Of a stretch of DNA of 64,000 nt, positions 10,222 to 19,445 are shown piece by piece. This DNA comes from Spirochaetia bacterium. GTDB lineage: Bacteria; Spirochaetota; Spirochaetia; SZUA-6; Bin103. The notes under the pieces were generated by a model that was not told the DNA's origin, made no database searches, and was given only the letters and a program-made list of their open reading frames with translations. Within the stretch, counting starts at the first letter, position 1. Each line of letters opens with the position of its first letter. The DNA is taken from contig CBDBDQ010000005.1 of the NCBI GenBank assembly GCA_965203905.1, positions 2,368,001-2,432,000 of the forward strand, written 5' to 3'. The position numbers and the translations under genes are program-made.

Positions 10222-10656
10222 TCAGGCGCCGCTGGTCACGGCGATCTGCTTGCGCTGCGCCGTGGCCGTCTTGGGCACGGTCACCGTCAGCAGTCCATCC
10301 CGAAAGCTGGCGCTGATCTGCTCGGGGTCGACGTCCTGCGGCAGCGCGAAGGAGCGCTTGAAGGTGCCGCTGCGCCGCTCGCGGATCACGTAGCCGTGCT
10401 CGTCGCGCTCGCTCTCCTGCTCGGACTGCGAGGCGATGGTGAGCAGGTTGTGCTCCACGTTGACGGTGAAGTCCTTCTCGGTGAGACCGGGCAGCTCGGC
10501 CTCCAGGTGGTAGCCGTCGGCTTGCTCGCGGACGTCCACGCGGGGCGCGGCGGTGGCGAAGGTAGGACGGCTCCAGTCCTGGAACAGGGAGTCGAACCAG
10601 CGGTCGAGGTTCACCGGCGAAAGGCGATACGGTCGATAGGTAACCAGGCTTCTCAT
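10222..10656 (-). CDS. Hsp20/alpha-crystallin small heat shock protein (copy 1)
   Basis: PRVDVRE, ELPG, ERRSGTFKRSFALP, DGLLTVTVPK; AGGAGG RBS. Confidence 0.95.
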   Translation of the reverse strand: MRSLVTYRPYRLSPVNLDRWFDSLFQDWSRPTFATAAPRVDVREQADGYHLEAELPGLTEKDFTVNVEHNLLTIASQSEQESERDEHGYVIRERRSGTFKRSFALPQDVDPEQISASFRDGLLTVTVPKTATAQRKQIAVTSGA

Positions 10657-10694
10657 GTCTTTCCTCCTATGAGATTGGTCTGTACCAATCAATA

Positions 10695-10711
10695 AGCAGC
10701 AACCGTGCCAA
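10695..10711 (-). promoter_or_regulatory. Putative sigma54 (-24/-12) promoter of Hsp20 copy 1
   Basis: Minus strand TTGGCACGGTTGCTGCT matches TGGCACG-N4-TTGC with one mismatch; identical in copy 2. Confidence 0.7.
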
Positions 10712-10914
10712 CCTGCTTACACCCTCGATTCAGGCGACTCTGAGGCGTTTCCCGCCGCGTTTTCGGAGCATCCGGGTGGCCCAACGGGTCGAAACGACAC
10801 GCCGCTTGCGGGAGTCGGTTCAGTTGGGACATTTTCGCCCACCGACGCCGCTCGCGGCAGAAATTCTGTTACCGGTAGCACAGCGGCGGCGGTGGTGAGA
10901 CTCGAAATCGAACG

Positions 10915-13284
10915 TCATCCCTCGCGGGCAAGTGCGGAGCGGAGTCGGTCGAGTTCACCGGCGCCCGCGTTGTCGGCCAACCCGGCGTGCTCGGCGGTCT
11001 CGACCAGCAGGCGCATGTGCGTAAGGTCCGCGGCATACTCTTTCAGACGCCGCTCGTGCCCGGCACGGGTCTTGGTGCACACCAGGGTGTACGGACTTCC
11101 TTTGCGCTCGGTCTCGTGGAGCAGGTCGAGGCCGTCGCGGTCGATGGTCTCGTGGACATGCCGCCGCAGTTCCTTGCGTAGCGGAAGCCGGAGCACCTGC
11201 GCCTGCGGGTCGGCGTAGAACCGTTGCAGGCGGCCACAGTGCGGGCAGCGACATGAGATGGTGGCATCCAGCGCCCAGTCGCTCGGCGCCGCCGGGAGCT
11301 GTGCGCTTCGTGCCAGCAGGAAGCCGGCGGCGTGGCGCCACAGTGTCACGAACGCGGGTCCTGCCGCGGCGTTGTCCGTGTGTCGCGCCAGTCCGGCCAG
11401 CGCGCTCGGCAGCGCCCGATCGGGCGGCGCCGCGACGGGATGCTCGATCAACAACGTCGCGGCTGCGAGTGCCTCCCCGTTCAGGTCGAAGTGCCAGGCC
11501 AGCGCCAGCAGGTTGCGGATCGCGGCCGCCCCGAGCGGTTGCGGCGGATTGTGCGGTGGCCGACTCCGCGCCGCGTCGGTGCGCATCTCCAGGGCGCCGG
11601 AGATGGATTGCAGCAGAAGCTGGGCGGCGGCGCGCAACGAGCGTTGCCAGTCGGCGTCGTGCCCGTCGGGAATCCGGCTGAGCCGCCACACCAGATCGAT
11701 CACGCCGTCCGTGCTGCGCAGCAGATTCGCGCGGATGAACTCCGGCAGCCAATCGCGGAGCGCCTCGGGCGTGATCACGGCCGCCAACTCCTCGTTGGCG
11801 CCGCCGCGGTAGATCGAGGTAGCGACCTCGCGTAGGTAGCGCAGCGTCGTGGGTCGGTCCCCGAGCCGGCACAGCAGCCGGAGCGCCTCTCGGCAGCTCT
11901 TGTCGATGTCGGTCCGGAGCCCAGGCGGCGGCTTCGGCCATGCGTCGATGATCTGCGTGGCAAGAGCGCGCAAGCGGCTGTCCTCGGCCTCCGACCGGTC
12001 GCTGCGCTCCAACTCCCCGTCCACGTACGCAACCAGGGCGCCGATACCGGCGCCGGCCAGGGTGGTGACGGTCCGCGCCCGCGGCCACAACACCAGCGCC
12101 GCCGAGCGATAGGCACGCTCGATCTCCACCCCCGCGTTCCCCGTGGCCTCGTTTGCCCACTCTTCGTCCGGGTCGACGCCATCCAGAGCGCCGGCCGGCA
12201 GCAGTTCGCCCGCCCGTAGCGGCAGCTTCCCATAGTGCGGCCTGGTATCGTCCGGCGCTACCCAGCCATCGAGCCAATGATCCGATTCGATCACCTCGCC
12301 GGCCTCCAGGTCGCTGTCGTCGAGGTCGACCCCGTACGGCAGGTCCTGCGGGTACTCGGCCACGCACGCTTCTTCGATGTGGAGGATCGCCGCGTACAAG
12401 GCACAATCCGCGCGCCGCGCCGCTGCCGCCAGGGCGCGCGCCACGGCGGCGTCGGTGTTCTTCAAGGCCGCGAACGAGAGTCCCTCCTCGCTGTACTCGT
12501 GCTCCAGCAGCCAGACGATCTTTTGCGCGCCGTGCGTAGTGCGGTCCCACCGCTCCAGCAGGGCGGCGATGCGCTCCGCCTCCGCGTCGTGGTCCGGTGC
12601 CCGGTCCAGCCGGCTACCGCCCCCACCGCGCAGTACGAGTTGGTAGACGAGGACGATTCGGTGGCCGGTGGCGACCGGACGGATCTCGTGGACGCAGTCG
12701 GCGTAGAACGCCGCGAACGCGAGTTCCGACGGATCCTCGATGCGCAGGTCGATCACCGTCTCACGGCTTTTATGGTGGATCACCAACTCGCCGCCGGTAC
12801 CGGCGACCGGCAGCGAGATCACCAACGTGGCGACCATACCGGTCGCCTTCTCGCTGTCGCGGTGGGCGCTGAAGAAGCCTCCCGGCTCGTACACCAGGAG
12901 TTTGTAGAGGAGCGCCTCGGTGCGCTCGCGCGGGCAGCCGAGTCCGTCGGCGGCACGACCGACGATTTGCGCCAGGGTGTCGCTCCAGGCCCCGCCGCCC
13001 ACCGCCACCCGGTCCGCGTCGATCTGCCAGCAGTCGCGTACCGAACGGTCCAGCACCGTGTCCGGTCCCCTGCCGTACGGTGCCCGTTCCGCCGTCGCCA
13101 CCAGAGCCTCGGCCTGGGCAGGCGGAACCGGAAACGGGATCAGCCCGGCGCCCGCAACCTCCAGGCGTGGCAACGGCGCGAACAACCGGCCGTGCGTACA
13201 GTACTCGCCGGGGCGGTCAATCGACGCAATCACGGCTTCCAGGTCTGACTGGGCGGGGTGGTATTCAATCTCGAAGTCCGGCAT
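10915..13284 (-). CDS. Large 2OG-Fe(II) oxygenase superfamily protein
   Basis: YKLLVYEPGGFFSAHRDSEK (HxD), ADCVHEIRPVATGHRIVLVY (distal H, R); long helical C-terminus with CRCPHC. Confidence 0.85.
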   Translation of the reverse strand: MPDFEIEYHPAQSDLEAVIASIDRPGEYCTHGRLFAPLPRLEVAGAGLIPFPVPPAQAEALVATAERAPYGRGPDTVLDRSVRDCWQIDADRVAVGGGAWSDTLAQIVGRAADGLGCPRERTEALLYKLLVYEPGGFFSAHRDSEKATGMVATLVISLPVAGTGGELVIHHKSRETVIDLRIEDPSELAFAAFYADCVHEIRPVATGHRIVLVYQLVLRGGGGSRLDRAPDHDAEAERIAALLERWDRTTHGAQKIVWLLEHEYSEEGLSFAALKNTDAAVARALAAAARRADCALYAAILHIEEACVAEYPQDLPYGVDLDDSDLEAGEVIESDHWLDGWVAPDDTRPHYGKLPLRAGELLPAGALDGVDPDEEWANEATGNAGVEIERAYRSAALVLWPRARTVTTLAGAGIGALVAYVDGELERSDRSEAEDSRLRALATQIIDAWPKPPPGLRTDIDKSCREALRLLCRLGDRPTTLRYLREVATSIYRGGANEELAAVITPEALRDWLPEFIRANLLRSTDGVIDLVWRLSRIPDGHDADWQRSLRAAAQLLLQSISGALEMRTDAARSRPPHNPPQPLGAAAIRNLLALAWHFDLNGEALAAATLLIEHPVAAPPDRALPSALAGLARHTDNAAAGPAFVTLWRHAAGFLLARSAQLPAAPSDWALDATISCRCPHCGRLQRFYADPQAQVLRLPLRKELRRHVHETIDRDGLDLLHETERKGSPYTLVCTKTRAGHERRLKEYAADLTHMRLLVETAEHAGLADNAGAGELDRLRSALAREG

Positions 13285-13290
13285 CGATCG

Positions 13291-14589
13291 TTACCAGTAG
13301 CGCAGGGCGTCGGCAAACAGGGCGCTCAGATCGGTTTCCGAGGCCGGGCGCGGCGCCAGCTTGGTGACCCGGTGCTGCGGCACGGTGCCCGCCACCAGCG
13401 CCGGGATGTGCTGTTCCGTGAACCCGACGGCGGCCAAGCCCGCCGGCATGTCGACCGCCCGCATCAGGTCGATGATGGTGTCGGCGAGGATGGTCCCGGC
13501 AGCGGCCGGATCGGCACCCTCCACCTCGGCTCCCATCAGGCGCGCGGCGCGCAGGTGGCGCTGCGGGTCGGCGGCGGCGGTGAAGCGGAACACCGCCGGG
13601 GCGTTGAGGATCACCGACATGCCGTGCGGACACATCGGGTGGTCGTCGGGATAGCCGACGGGATGGTAGCCGGGACCGGCGGTCTGCCGCCCGGCCACCA
13701 TGCTGGAAACCGGGTAGGACATGCCGTGCGGCAGGTGGACGCCGGCGTTGCCGAAACCGTAGCCGGCGAAGGTGGCTGCGAGCAGCATGGCGGTGCGCGC
13801 CTCTTCGTCATCCGCATCGCGCATGGCGCGTACCAGGTTGCCGGCCACCAGCTCGATGGCGCGTTCGGCCCACAGGTCGCTGATCGGATTGGCGCCCTGG
13901 TAGGCCGGACGCAGCGCCGGCTCGGCGGGCGCCTCGCGCGCCGTGTAGGGGAGGGCGGTGAACGACTCCACGGCGTGGCACAGCACGTCGAGGCCGGTGC
14001 TGGCCGCCACCACCGGCGGCAGGGTGCGCGTGTTGTCGGGATCGACTATACCGAGCGTGGGCCTCAGAGCGCGGTGCGCGATGCCGGTCTTGGCGCCCAT
14101 CTCCAGGTAGTCGAAGATCGCCACGCCGGTGGTCTCGCTGCCGGTGCCGGCGGTGGTGGGCACCGCCACCAGCGGCTTCAGCGGCCCCGGCACCGGCTCG
14201 CCGCGCCCGATCGGATGGTTGACGTAGGTGAGCAGGTCGGCCGGATAGGTGGTGTACAGGTTGGCCGCCTTGGCGGTGTCCATGCTGGAGCCGCCGCCCA
14301 CCGCGGCAAAGCCGTCGCAGCCGCTGTCGCGGGCGGCGCGGATCGCCTCCTGGAACGAAGCGTCGCTGGGCTCGATACGGGAATCGGTGAACAGCACGGT
14401 GTCGATCCCCGCGGCCCGGATCGAATCGCGCGCCACCGCCACCGGCTCCGACTGCGCCATCACCGGATCGGTAACCAGGAACGCGCGCCGCACGCCGAGC
14501 GCGCGCAGTTCGAAGCCCAACTCGCGGGTGGCGCCGGCACCGAACTTGATGCGCGCCCCCTCCATGTTCAGGATCGTCTCAGTAGCCAT
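13291..14589 (-). CDS. Hydroxyacid-oxoacid transhydrogenase (iron-containing ADH, ADHFE1-like)
   Basis: AVGGGSSMDTAK, VPTTAGTGSETTG, DVLCHAVES, RPAYQGANPISD, GFGNAGVHLPHGMSYP. Confidence 0.88.
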   Translation of the reverse strand: MATETILNMEGARIKFGAGATRELGFELRALGVRRAFLVTDPVMAQSEPVAVARDSIRAAGIDTVLFTDSRIEPSDASFQEAIRAARDSGCDGFAAVGGGSSMDTAKAANLYTTYPADLLTYVNHPIGRGEPVPGPLKPLVAVPTTAGTGSETTGVAIFDYLEMGAKTGIAHRALRPTLGIVDPDNTRTLPPVVAASTGLDVLCHAVESFTALPYTAREAPAEPALRPAYQGANPISDLWAERAIELVAGNLVRAMRDADDEEARTAMLLAATFAGYGFGNAGVHLPHGMSYPVSSMVAGRQTAGPGYHPVGYPDDHPMCPHGMSVILNAPAVFRFTAAADPQRHLRAARLMGAEVEGADPAAAGTILADTIIDLMRAVDMPAGLAAVGFTEQHIPALVAGTVPQHRVTKLAPRPASETDLSALFADALRYW

Positions 14590-14861
14590 GTCTGTACTCG
14601 TCACGATGCCCGGTCCGGGCGCCGCGTGCCTATCCCTCGATGCCGGACATCACCCGCTCTTGCAGCGCGGCGATGCAGCGCAGCAGGATTGCAGCAGTCA
14701 GCGCGGCAATGCCCTGCCCGGGACCAACTCGCGCAGGAAGCGGTCGACTGGAATGCAACGCACACCGTGGCTGCTCGTGGGAGCGTCGAAGAATCTCTGC
14801 ACAATCGCCATTTCGGGGCTCAATTTCTCAGCCACGCTGCGAAAATGCTACCTGCGAATGC

Positions 14862-14888
14862 AAAGAGCCCCGCGCAGAGGCGGGGCTC
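14862..14888 (-). terminator. Hairpin terminator downstream of Hsp20 copy 2
   Basis: GAGCCCCGC-gcagag-GCGGGGCTC stem-loop. Confidence 0.6.
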
Positions 14889-14916
14889 GGTATCGGATTG
14901 GCGGGTGGCCGCTGTG

Positions 14917-15351
14917 TCAGGCGCCGCTGGTGACGGCGATCTGCTTGCGCTGCGCCGTGGCCGACTTGGGCACGGTCACGGTGAGCAGCCCATCCTGAAA
15001 GCGGGCGCTGATCTGCTCGGGGTCGACGTCCTGCGGCAGCGCGAAGGAGCGCTTGAAGGTGCCGCTGCGCCGCTCGCGGATCACGTAACCGTGCTCGTCG
15101 CGCTCGCTCTCCTGCTCGGACTGCGAGGCGATGGTGAGCAGGTTGTGCTCCACGTTGACGGTGAAGTCCTTCTCGGTGAGACCGGGCAGCTCGACCTCCA
15201 GGTGGTAGCCGTCGGCCTGCTCGCGCACGTCGACGCGGGGCGCGGCGGTGGCGAAGGCGGGGCGGCTCCAGTCCTGGAACAGGGAGTCGAACCAGCGGTC
15301 GAGGTTCACCGGCGAAGGGCGATAGGGGCGATAGGTAACCAGGCTTCTCAT
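14917..15351 (-). CDS. Hsp20/alpha-crystallin small heat shock protein (copy 2)
   Basis: 144 aa, differs from copy 1 at only a handful of residues. Confidence 0.95.
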   Translation of the reverse strand: MRSLVTYRPYRPSPVNLDRWFDSLFQDWSRPAFATAAPRVDVREQADGYHLEVELPGLTEKDFTVNVEHNLLTIASQSEQESERDEHGYVIRERRSGTFKRSFALPQDVDPEQISARFQDGLLTVTVPKSATAQRKQIAVTSGA

Positions 15352-15389
15352 GTCATTCCTCCTATGAGATTGGTCTGTACCAACCAATA

Positions 15390-15406
15390 AGCAGCAACCG
15401 TGCCAA
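15390..15406 (-). promoter_or_regulatory. Putative sigma54 promoter of Hsp20 copy 2
   Basis: TTGGCACGGTTGCTGCT on minus strand, same distance to ATG as copy 1. Confidence 0.7.
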
Positions 15407-15610
15407 CTTGGTGCGGCCCTGATTTCTGGCCGTTCTGAGGGGTTTCCCGCCGCCTCGGTGTGCTGACCGGGTGGTCGAATGGGTCGAAACGACCCGCCAC
15501 TTACGGGAGGCCGTTCTGTTGGGACACTTTCTCCCAGCTCAGCCCGTGGCATCGTACAATCTGTTACCGCTATGGGCGCCCGGCATACGCTGCGGGTCCC
15601 GGAGGCAGCC

Positions 15611-16147
15611 ATGAGCGATCAGCCACCCGTCCATGTCCATCATCACGGCCCGCCGCGAGTACGGTTCTGCAGCGGCTGTGCCGCGCCGCTGGAGCGCCGC
15701 AGCGTGGAAGGCAAGACACTGCCGGTTTGCCCGCGCTGCGGCCAGGTGGTGTACGCCGATCCCAAGGTGGCGGCGGGCACGATCATCGAGGACGCCGGCC
15801 GTGTTCTGCTGCTGCGCCGCGCCATCTCGCCGGCGCGCGGGCTGTGGACCTTTCCCGGCGGCTACGTGGATCGCGGCGAGCCGGTGCCCGAGGCCGCCGC
15901 CCGCGAGGCACATGAAGAGGCGGGGGTGACGGTTGCGGTGGGGGAACTGCTCGGCGTCTACTCCGCGCGCAACGTGCCGGTGGTGCTGATCGTCTACCGC
16001 GCCCGGATCGCGGCCGGCACGGCGCAGCCCGGTCCGGAGGCGCTGGAGCTGCGCTGGGCGGGACCGGATTCGATCCCCTGGGAGGAACTGGCGTTTCCGA
16101 GCACCGCCACGGCACTGAACGACTGGCGGCGGACGCTGGAGGAGTAG
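15611..16147 (+). CDS. NUDIX hydrolase with N-terminal zinc ribbon
   Basis: GGAGG RBS; FCSGC...CPRCG; Nudix box GGYVDRGEPVPEAAAREAHEEAG. Confidence 0.92.
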   Translation: MSDQPPVHVHHHGPPRVRFCSGCAAPLERRSVEGKTLPVCPRCGQVVYADPKVAAGTIIEDAGRVLLLRRAISPARGLWTFPGGYVDRGEPVPEAAAREAHEEAGVTVAVGELLGVYSARNVPVVLIVYRARIAAGTAQPGPEALELRWAGPDSIPWEELAFPSTATALNDWRRTLEE

Positions 16148-16162
16148 CGGACGCGGCGGGCG

Positions 16163-17872
16163 CTACTGCTTGGCGGCGCGCTGCAGCCTGGCCCAGGTGT
16201 CGCGCAGGCCCACCGAGCGGTTGAACACCGGTGCACCGGGGCGGGAGTCGCGGTTGTCGACCACGAAGTAGCCGTGGCGCAGGAACTGGAAGATCTGCTC
16301 CGGCTGCGCCGCCGCCAAGCCCGGCTCCACCTTGCAGCCGGTCAGGATCACCTCGGAGTCCGGGTTGAGACGCTCCCCCAGATCCTCGTGGTCCACCTCG
16401 TTCATGTTCTCGGTGGTGAACAGGTGATCATAGAGGCGTACCTCGGCGGTATGAGCGTGCTGCGCCGAGACCCAGTGCAGCGTGCCGCGCACCTTCCGGC
16501 CGTCCGCGGTGCCGCCGCCGCGGGAGGCGGGATCGTAGCTGCAGCGCAGCTCGGTCACCTGCCCGGCGTCATCCTTCACCACCTCGTCGCAGGTGATGTA
16601 GTAGGCGCCCTTCAGCCGCACTTCGCGCCCCGGTGACAGGCGGAAGAACCTGCGCGGCGCCTGCTCCATGAAGTCGCTGCGTTCGATGAGCAGCTCGCGG
16701 CAGAAGGGCAGCGCCCGGGTGCCGGCGTTCGGGTCCTCGGGGTTGTTCTCCACCTCCACCTGCTCGCTCTTCCCCTCGGGGTAGTTGGTGATCACCACCC
16801 GCAACGGGTCCAGCACCGCCATCACCCGGGTGGCTGTGCGGTTCAGCTCCTGGCGCAGGTAGTACTCCAGCTGCGCATAACTGATCAGCACCGTGGTCTT
16901 GGTGAGGCCGACGCTGCGCACGAAGGCGCGGATGGAGCTGGGGGTGAAGCCGCGCCGGCGCAGGCCGCGCAGCGTCAGCAGGCGCGGGTCGTCCCAGCCA
17001 CGTACCGTGCCGTCGGCCACCAGCCGGCGCAGGACGCGCTTGTGCAGCACCGCGTAGGCCACGTTGAGGTGGTTGAACTCGATCTGCCGCGAGCGGAAGA
17101 TCCCCAGCTTCTCCAGGTACCAGTCGTACAGCGGGCGGTTGTTCTCGAACTCCAGCGAGCACAGCGAGTGGGTGACGCCCTCGATCGAGTCGCTCTGGCC
17201 GTGCGCCCAGTCGTACATCGGGTAGATGCACCAGGCGTCGCCGGTGCGGTAGTGGCGCGCGCGGCGGATGCGGTACATCACCGGATCGCGCAGGTTCAGG
17301 TTGGGCGAGGTCATGTCGATCCGTGCGCGCAGCACGTAGGCGCCGTCGGCGAACTCGCCCGCGCGCATGCGGCGCAGCAGGTCGAGGCTCTCCGCCGGCG
17401 GCCGGTTGCGGTCCGGGCTCTCGCGGCCGGGACGGGTCGGGACGCCGCGGTACTCGCTGATCTGTTCCGCGGTCAGGCTGTCGACGTAGGCGTCGCCCTG
17501 CTCGACCAGTTGCTCGGCCAGCTCGTAGAGCCGCCCGTAGTAGTCGGAGGCGTAGTACTCGTGCTCGCCCCAGTCGAAGCCGAGCCAGCGGATATCCTCC
17601 TTGATCGACTCCACGTACTCCAGCTTCTCGCGCTCGGGGTTGGTGTCGTCGAAGCGCAGGCTGCAGAAGCCGCCGAACTCGCGCGCGACGTCGAAGTTGA
17701 GGGTGATCGCCTTGGCGTGGCCGATGCCGATGTAGCCGTTCGGCTCCGGCGGCCAGCGCGTCTGCACGCGGTCGAAGCGGCCGGCGGCCAGGTCTTCGCG
17801 AATCGCCTTGCGAATGAAGTCGGACACCTCGGGAGCGGTCTCGATGGCGGGGGAGGGACTGGCGCTGCTCAC
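16163..17872 (-). CDS. glnS: Glutamine--tRNA ligase with atypical signature motifs (start GTG 17872 or ATG 17905)
   Basis: TRWPPEPNGY, LRFDDTNP, WCIYPMYD, THSLCSLEF, GWDDPRL, FQFLRHGYF. Confidence 0.92.
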   Translation of the reverse strand: MSSASPSPAIETAPEVSDFIRKAIREDLAAGRFDRVQTRWPPEPNGYIGIGHAKAITLNFDVAREFGGFCSLRFDDTNPEREKLEYVESIKEDIRWLGFDWGEHEYYASDYYGRLYELAEQLVEQGDAYVDSLTAEQISEYRGVPTRPGRESPDRNRPPAESLDLLRRMRAGEFADGAYVLRARIDMTSPNLNLRDPVMYRIRRARHYRTGDAWCIYPMYDWAHGQSDSIEGVTHSLCSLEFENNRPLYDWYLEKLGIFRSRQIEFNHLNVAYAVLHKRVLRRLVADGTVRGWDDPRLLTLRGLRRRGFTPSSIRAFVRSVGLTKTTVLISYAQLEYYLRQELNRTATRVMAVLDPLRVVITNYPEGKSEQVEVENNPEDPNAGTRALPFCRELLIERSDFMEQAPRRFFRLSPGREVRLKGAYYITCDEVVKDDAGQVTELRCSYDPASRGGGTADGRKVRGTLHWVSAQHAHTAEVRLYDHLFTTENMNEVDHEDLGERLNPDSEVILTGCKVEPGLAAAQPEQIFQFLRHGYFVVDNRDSRPGAPVFNRSVGLRDTWARLQRAAKQ

Positions 17873-17995
17873 GTCGCTGCTAAAGTTAGCTCGCCGCGTG
17901 GCCATCTACAACCGGATTCTGGGCCGCGCATCCGCAATCCGGCTGCATATCCCGCGCCTTGCGTGGCCTCGGCTCCTCTGGCACGCTCGCGGGAC

Positions 17996-19228
17996 ATGGA
18001 CACGCTGCGCGAGCCGACCCTGCTGCTGCGGGGTGGTCACGTCATCGACCCGTCCGCGAATGTCGATGGCAGAGCCGACGTGGTGGTGGCCGGCGACCGC
18101 ATCTCCCGGGTGGTGGTCGGCGGCGGCCTGGCGGAGGAAGAGTGCCCGCCCACGGTGGTGGACTGCAGCGGTCGCTACGTGTGTCCCGGTCTGGTGGACC
18201 TGCACGGCCACTACTACGAGGGCAGCCTGTACGGCGTCGATCCGCGCGCCGCGCTGCGCGGCGGAGTCACTACCGCGGTCGATGCGGGCACCTGCGGCTG
18301 CGTCAACTTCGCCGAGTTCCGCCGCACCGCCATCGACGGTGCGCCGGTGCGCATCCTGCCGTTCGTCCACATCGGCTGCCTGGGAATCCCCACCCCGACG
18401 CTCGGCGAGCTGCTCGACCTGCGGCACGCCCGCCCGCGCGAGACCGCGGCGACGATTCTGGAGCATCGCGACGTCGCGCTGGGGGTGAAGTTGCGCGCCG
18501 GCATCATGGCCCTGGGACACAATGTCGAGGCGGTGGAGCTGGCGCTGCGCGCCGCTGCCGAGAGCGGCTCACGCATGATGGTGCACATCAGCCTGCAGGG
18601 CGACACCCGCGAGGTGCTGCGGCGGTTGCGTCCGGGCGACATCGTCACCCACTGCTTCACCGGCCGCGGCGACGGCATTCTCGACTCCGCCAGCGGCGCA
18701 CTGCTGTCCGAGACCAGCGCGGCGCGGCAGCGCGGGGTGGTGTTCGACGTCGGCCACGGCTCCGGCAGCTTCCGCTGGGATACCGCGCTGAAGGCGTTCG
18801 AGCACACTTTCTATCCCGACACCATCAGCACCGACCTGCACCGCTACAACGTCGAGCAGGTGGTGTTCGACCTGCCCACCACCATGTCCAAGTTCCTGCT
18901 GCTGGGCATGACGCTGGCGGAGGTGGTGGAGAAGGCGACCCTGGCGCCGGCCCAGGCGATCGGACGTGCCCCGGAGCTCGGCACCCTTGCGCCCGGGGCC
19001 AGCGCCGACGTGCTGGTGTTCTCGGTGGAGCAGGGCGAGTTCCGGTTTCAGGACTCGCACCTGCGGGAGCGGGTCGGGGAACGCCGCCTGCGGCCCGAGC
19101 TGGTGGTGTCCCGCGGCCGCGTGGTGCGGCCCGCGGAGGTGCCGGTGCGCCTGCGCCGCATGACGCCCTGGGACGACGAGACCTACGCCGCGCTGCGCAC
19201 CTCGGCAGCCGCCGCGGGAAAATATTAA
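17996..19228 (+). CDS. Amidohydrolase/deacetylase-family metallohydrolase (dihydroorotase-like)
   Basis: PGLVDLHGH, GVTTAVDAG, GVKLR, MMVHI, THCF, DVGHGSGSF, ISTDLH. Confidence 0.88.
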   Translation: MDTLREPTLLLRGGHVIDPSANVDGRADVVVAGDRISRVVVGGGLAEEECPPTVVDCSGRYVCPGLVDLHGHYYEGSLYGVDPRAALRGGVTTAVDAGTCGCVNFAEFRRTAIDGAPVRILPFVHIGCLGIPTPTLGELLDLRHARPRETAATILEHRDVALGVKLRAGIMALGHNVEAVELALRAAAESGSRMMVHISLQGDTREVLRRLRPGDIVTHCFTGRGDGILDSASGALLSETSAARQRGVVFDVGHGSGSFRWDTALKAFEHTFYPDTISTDLHRYNVEQVVFDLPTTMSKFLLLGMTLAEVVEKATLAPAQAIGRAPELGTLAPGASADVLVFSVEQGEFRFQDSHLRERVGERRLRPELVVSRGRVVRPAEVPVRLRRMTPWDDETYAALRTSAAAAGKY

Positions 19229-19445
19229 AGCAAGGCTGAGAATAGCGTGTTATTTAAGAGCGTACGCTACAGGCGGTTGATGCTACACTACTAGTTGTGG
19301 TGCATGATAGCGTTTGTCAAAGTGTTTATCCTTGGCGCACGGCGAGCCACACGAGCGCGGCCGCACTCGGCGGGCTGGGATACCATCGTTGCGTGTTGTC
19401 GCCTGCACTCGGTGGTGACGAGGCGTCGCAAATGGACCCGACGAA

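Larger units (their letters stand above)
10165..10873. repeat. Direct repeat copy 1 (terminator + Hsp20 + upstream regulatory region)
   Basis: Aligns with 14857-15568 at an offset of about 4695 bp; CDS near-identical, upstream region patchily conserved. Confidence 0.85.
14857..15568. repeat. Direct repeat copy 2 (terminator + Hsp20 + upstream regulatory region)
   Basis: Matches 10165-10873. Confidence 0.85.

Noticed and set aside
14590-14860. Riboswitch in the HOT leader (contains CTGAGA on minus)
   Set aside because: Other TPP or cobalamin core motifs not found
10165-15568. Composite transposon bounded by the Hsp20 repeats
   Set aside because: No transposase, terminal inverted repeats or target duplication; repeats have diverged
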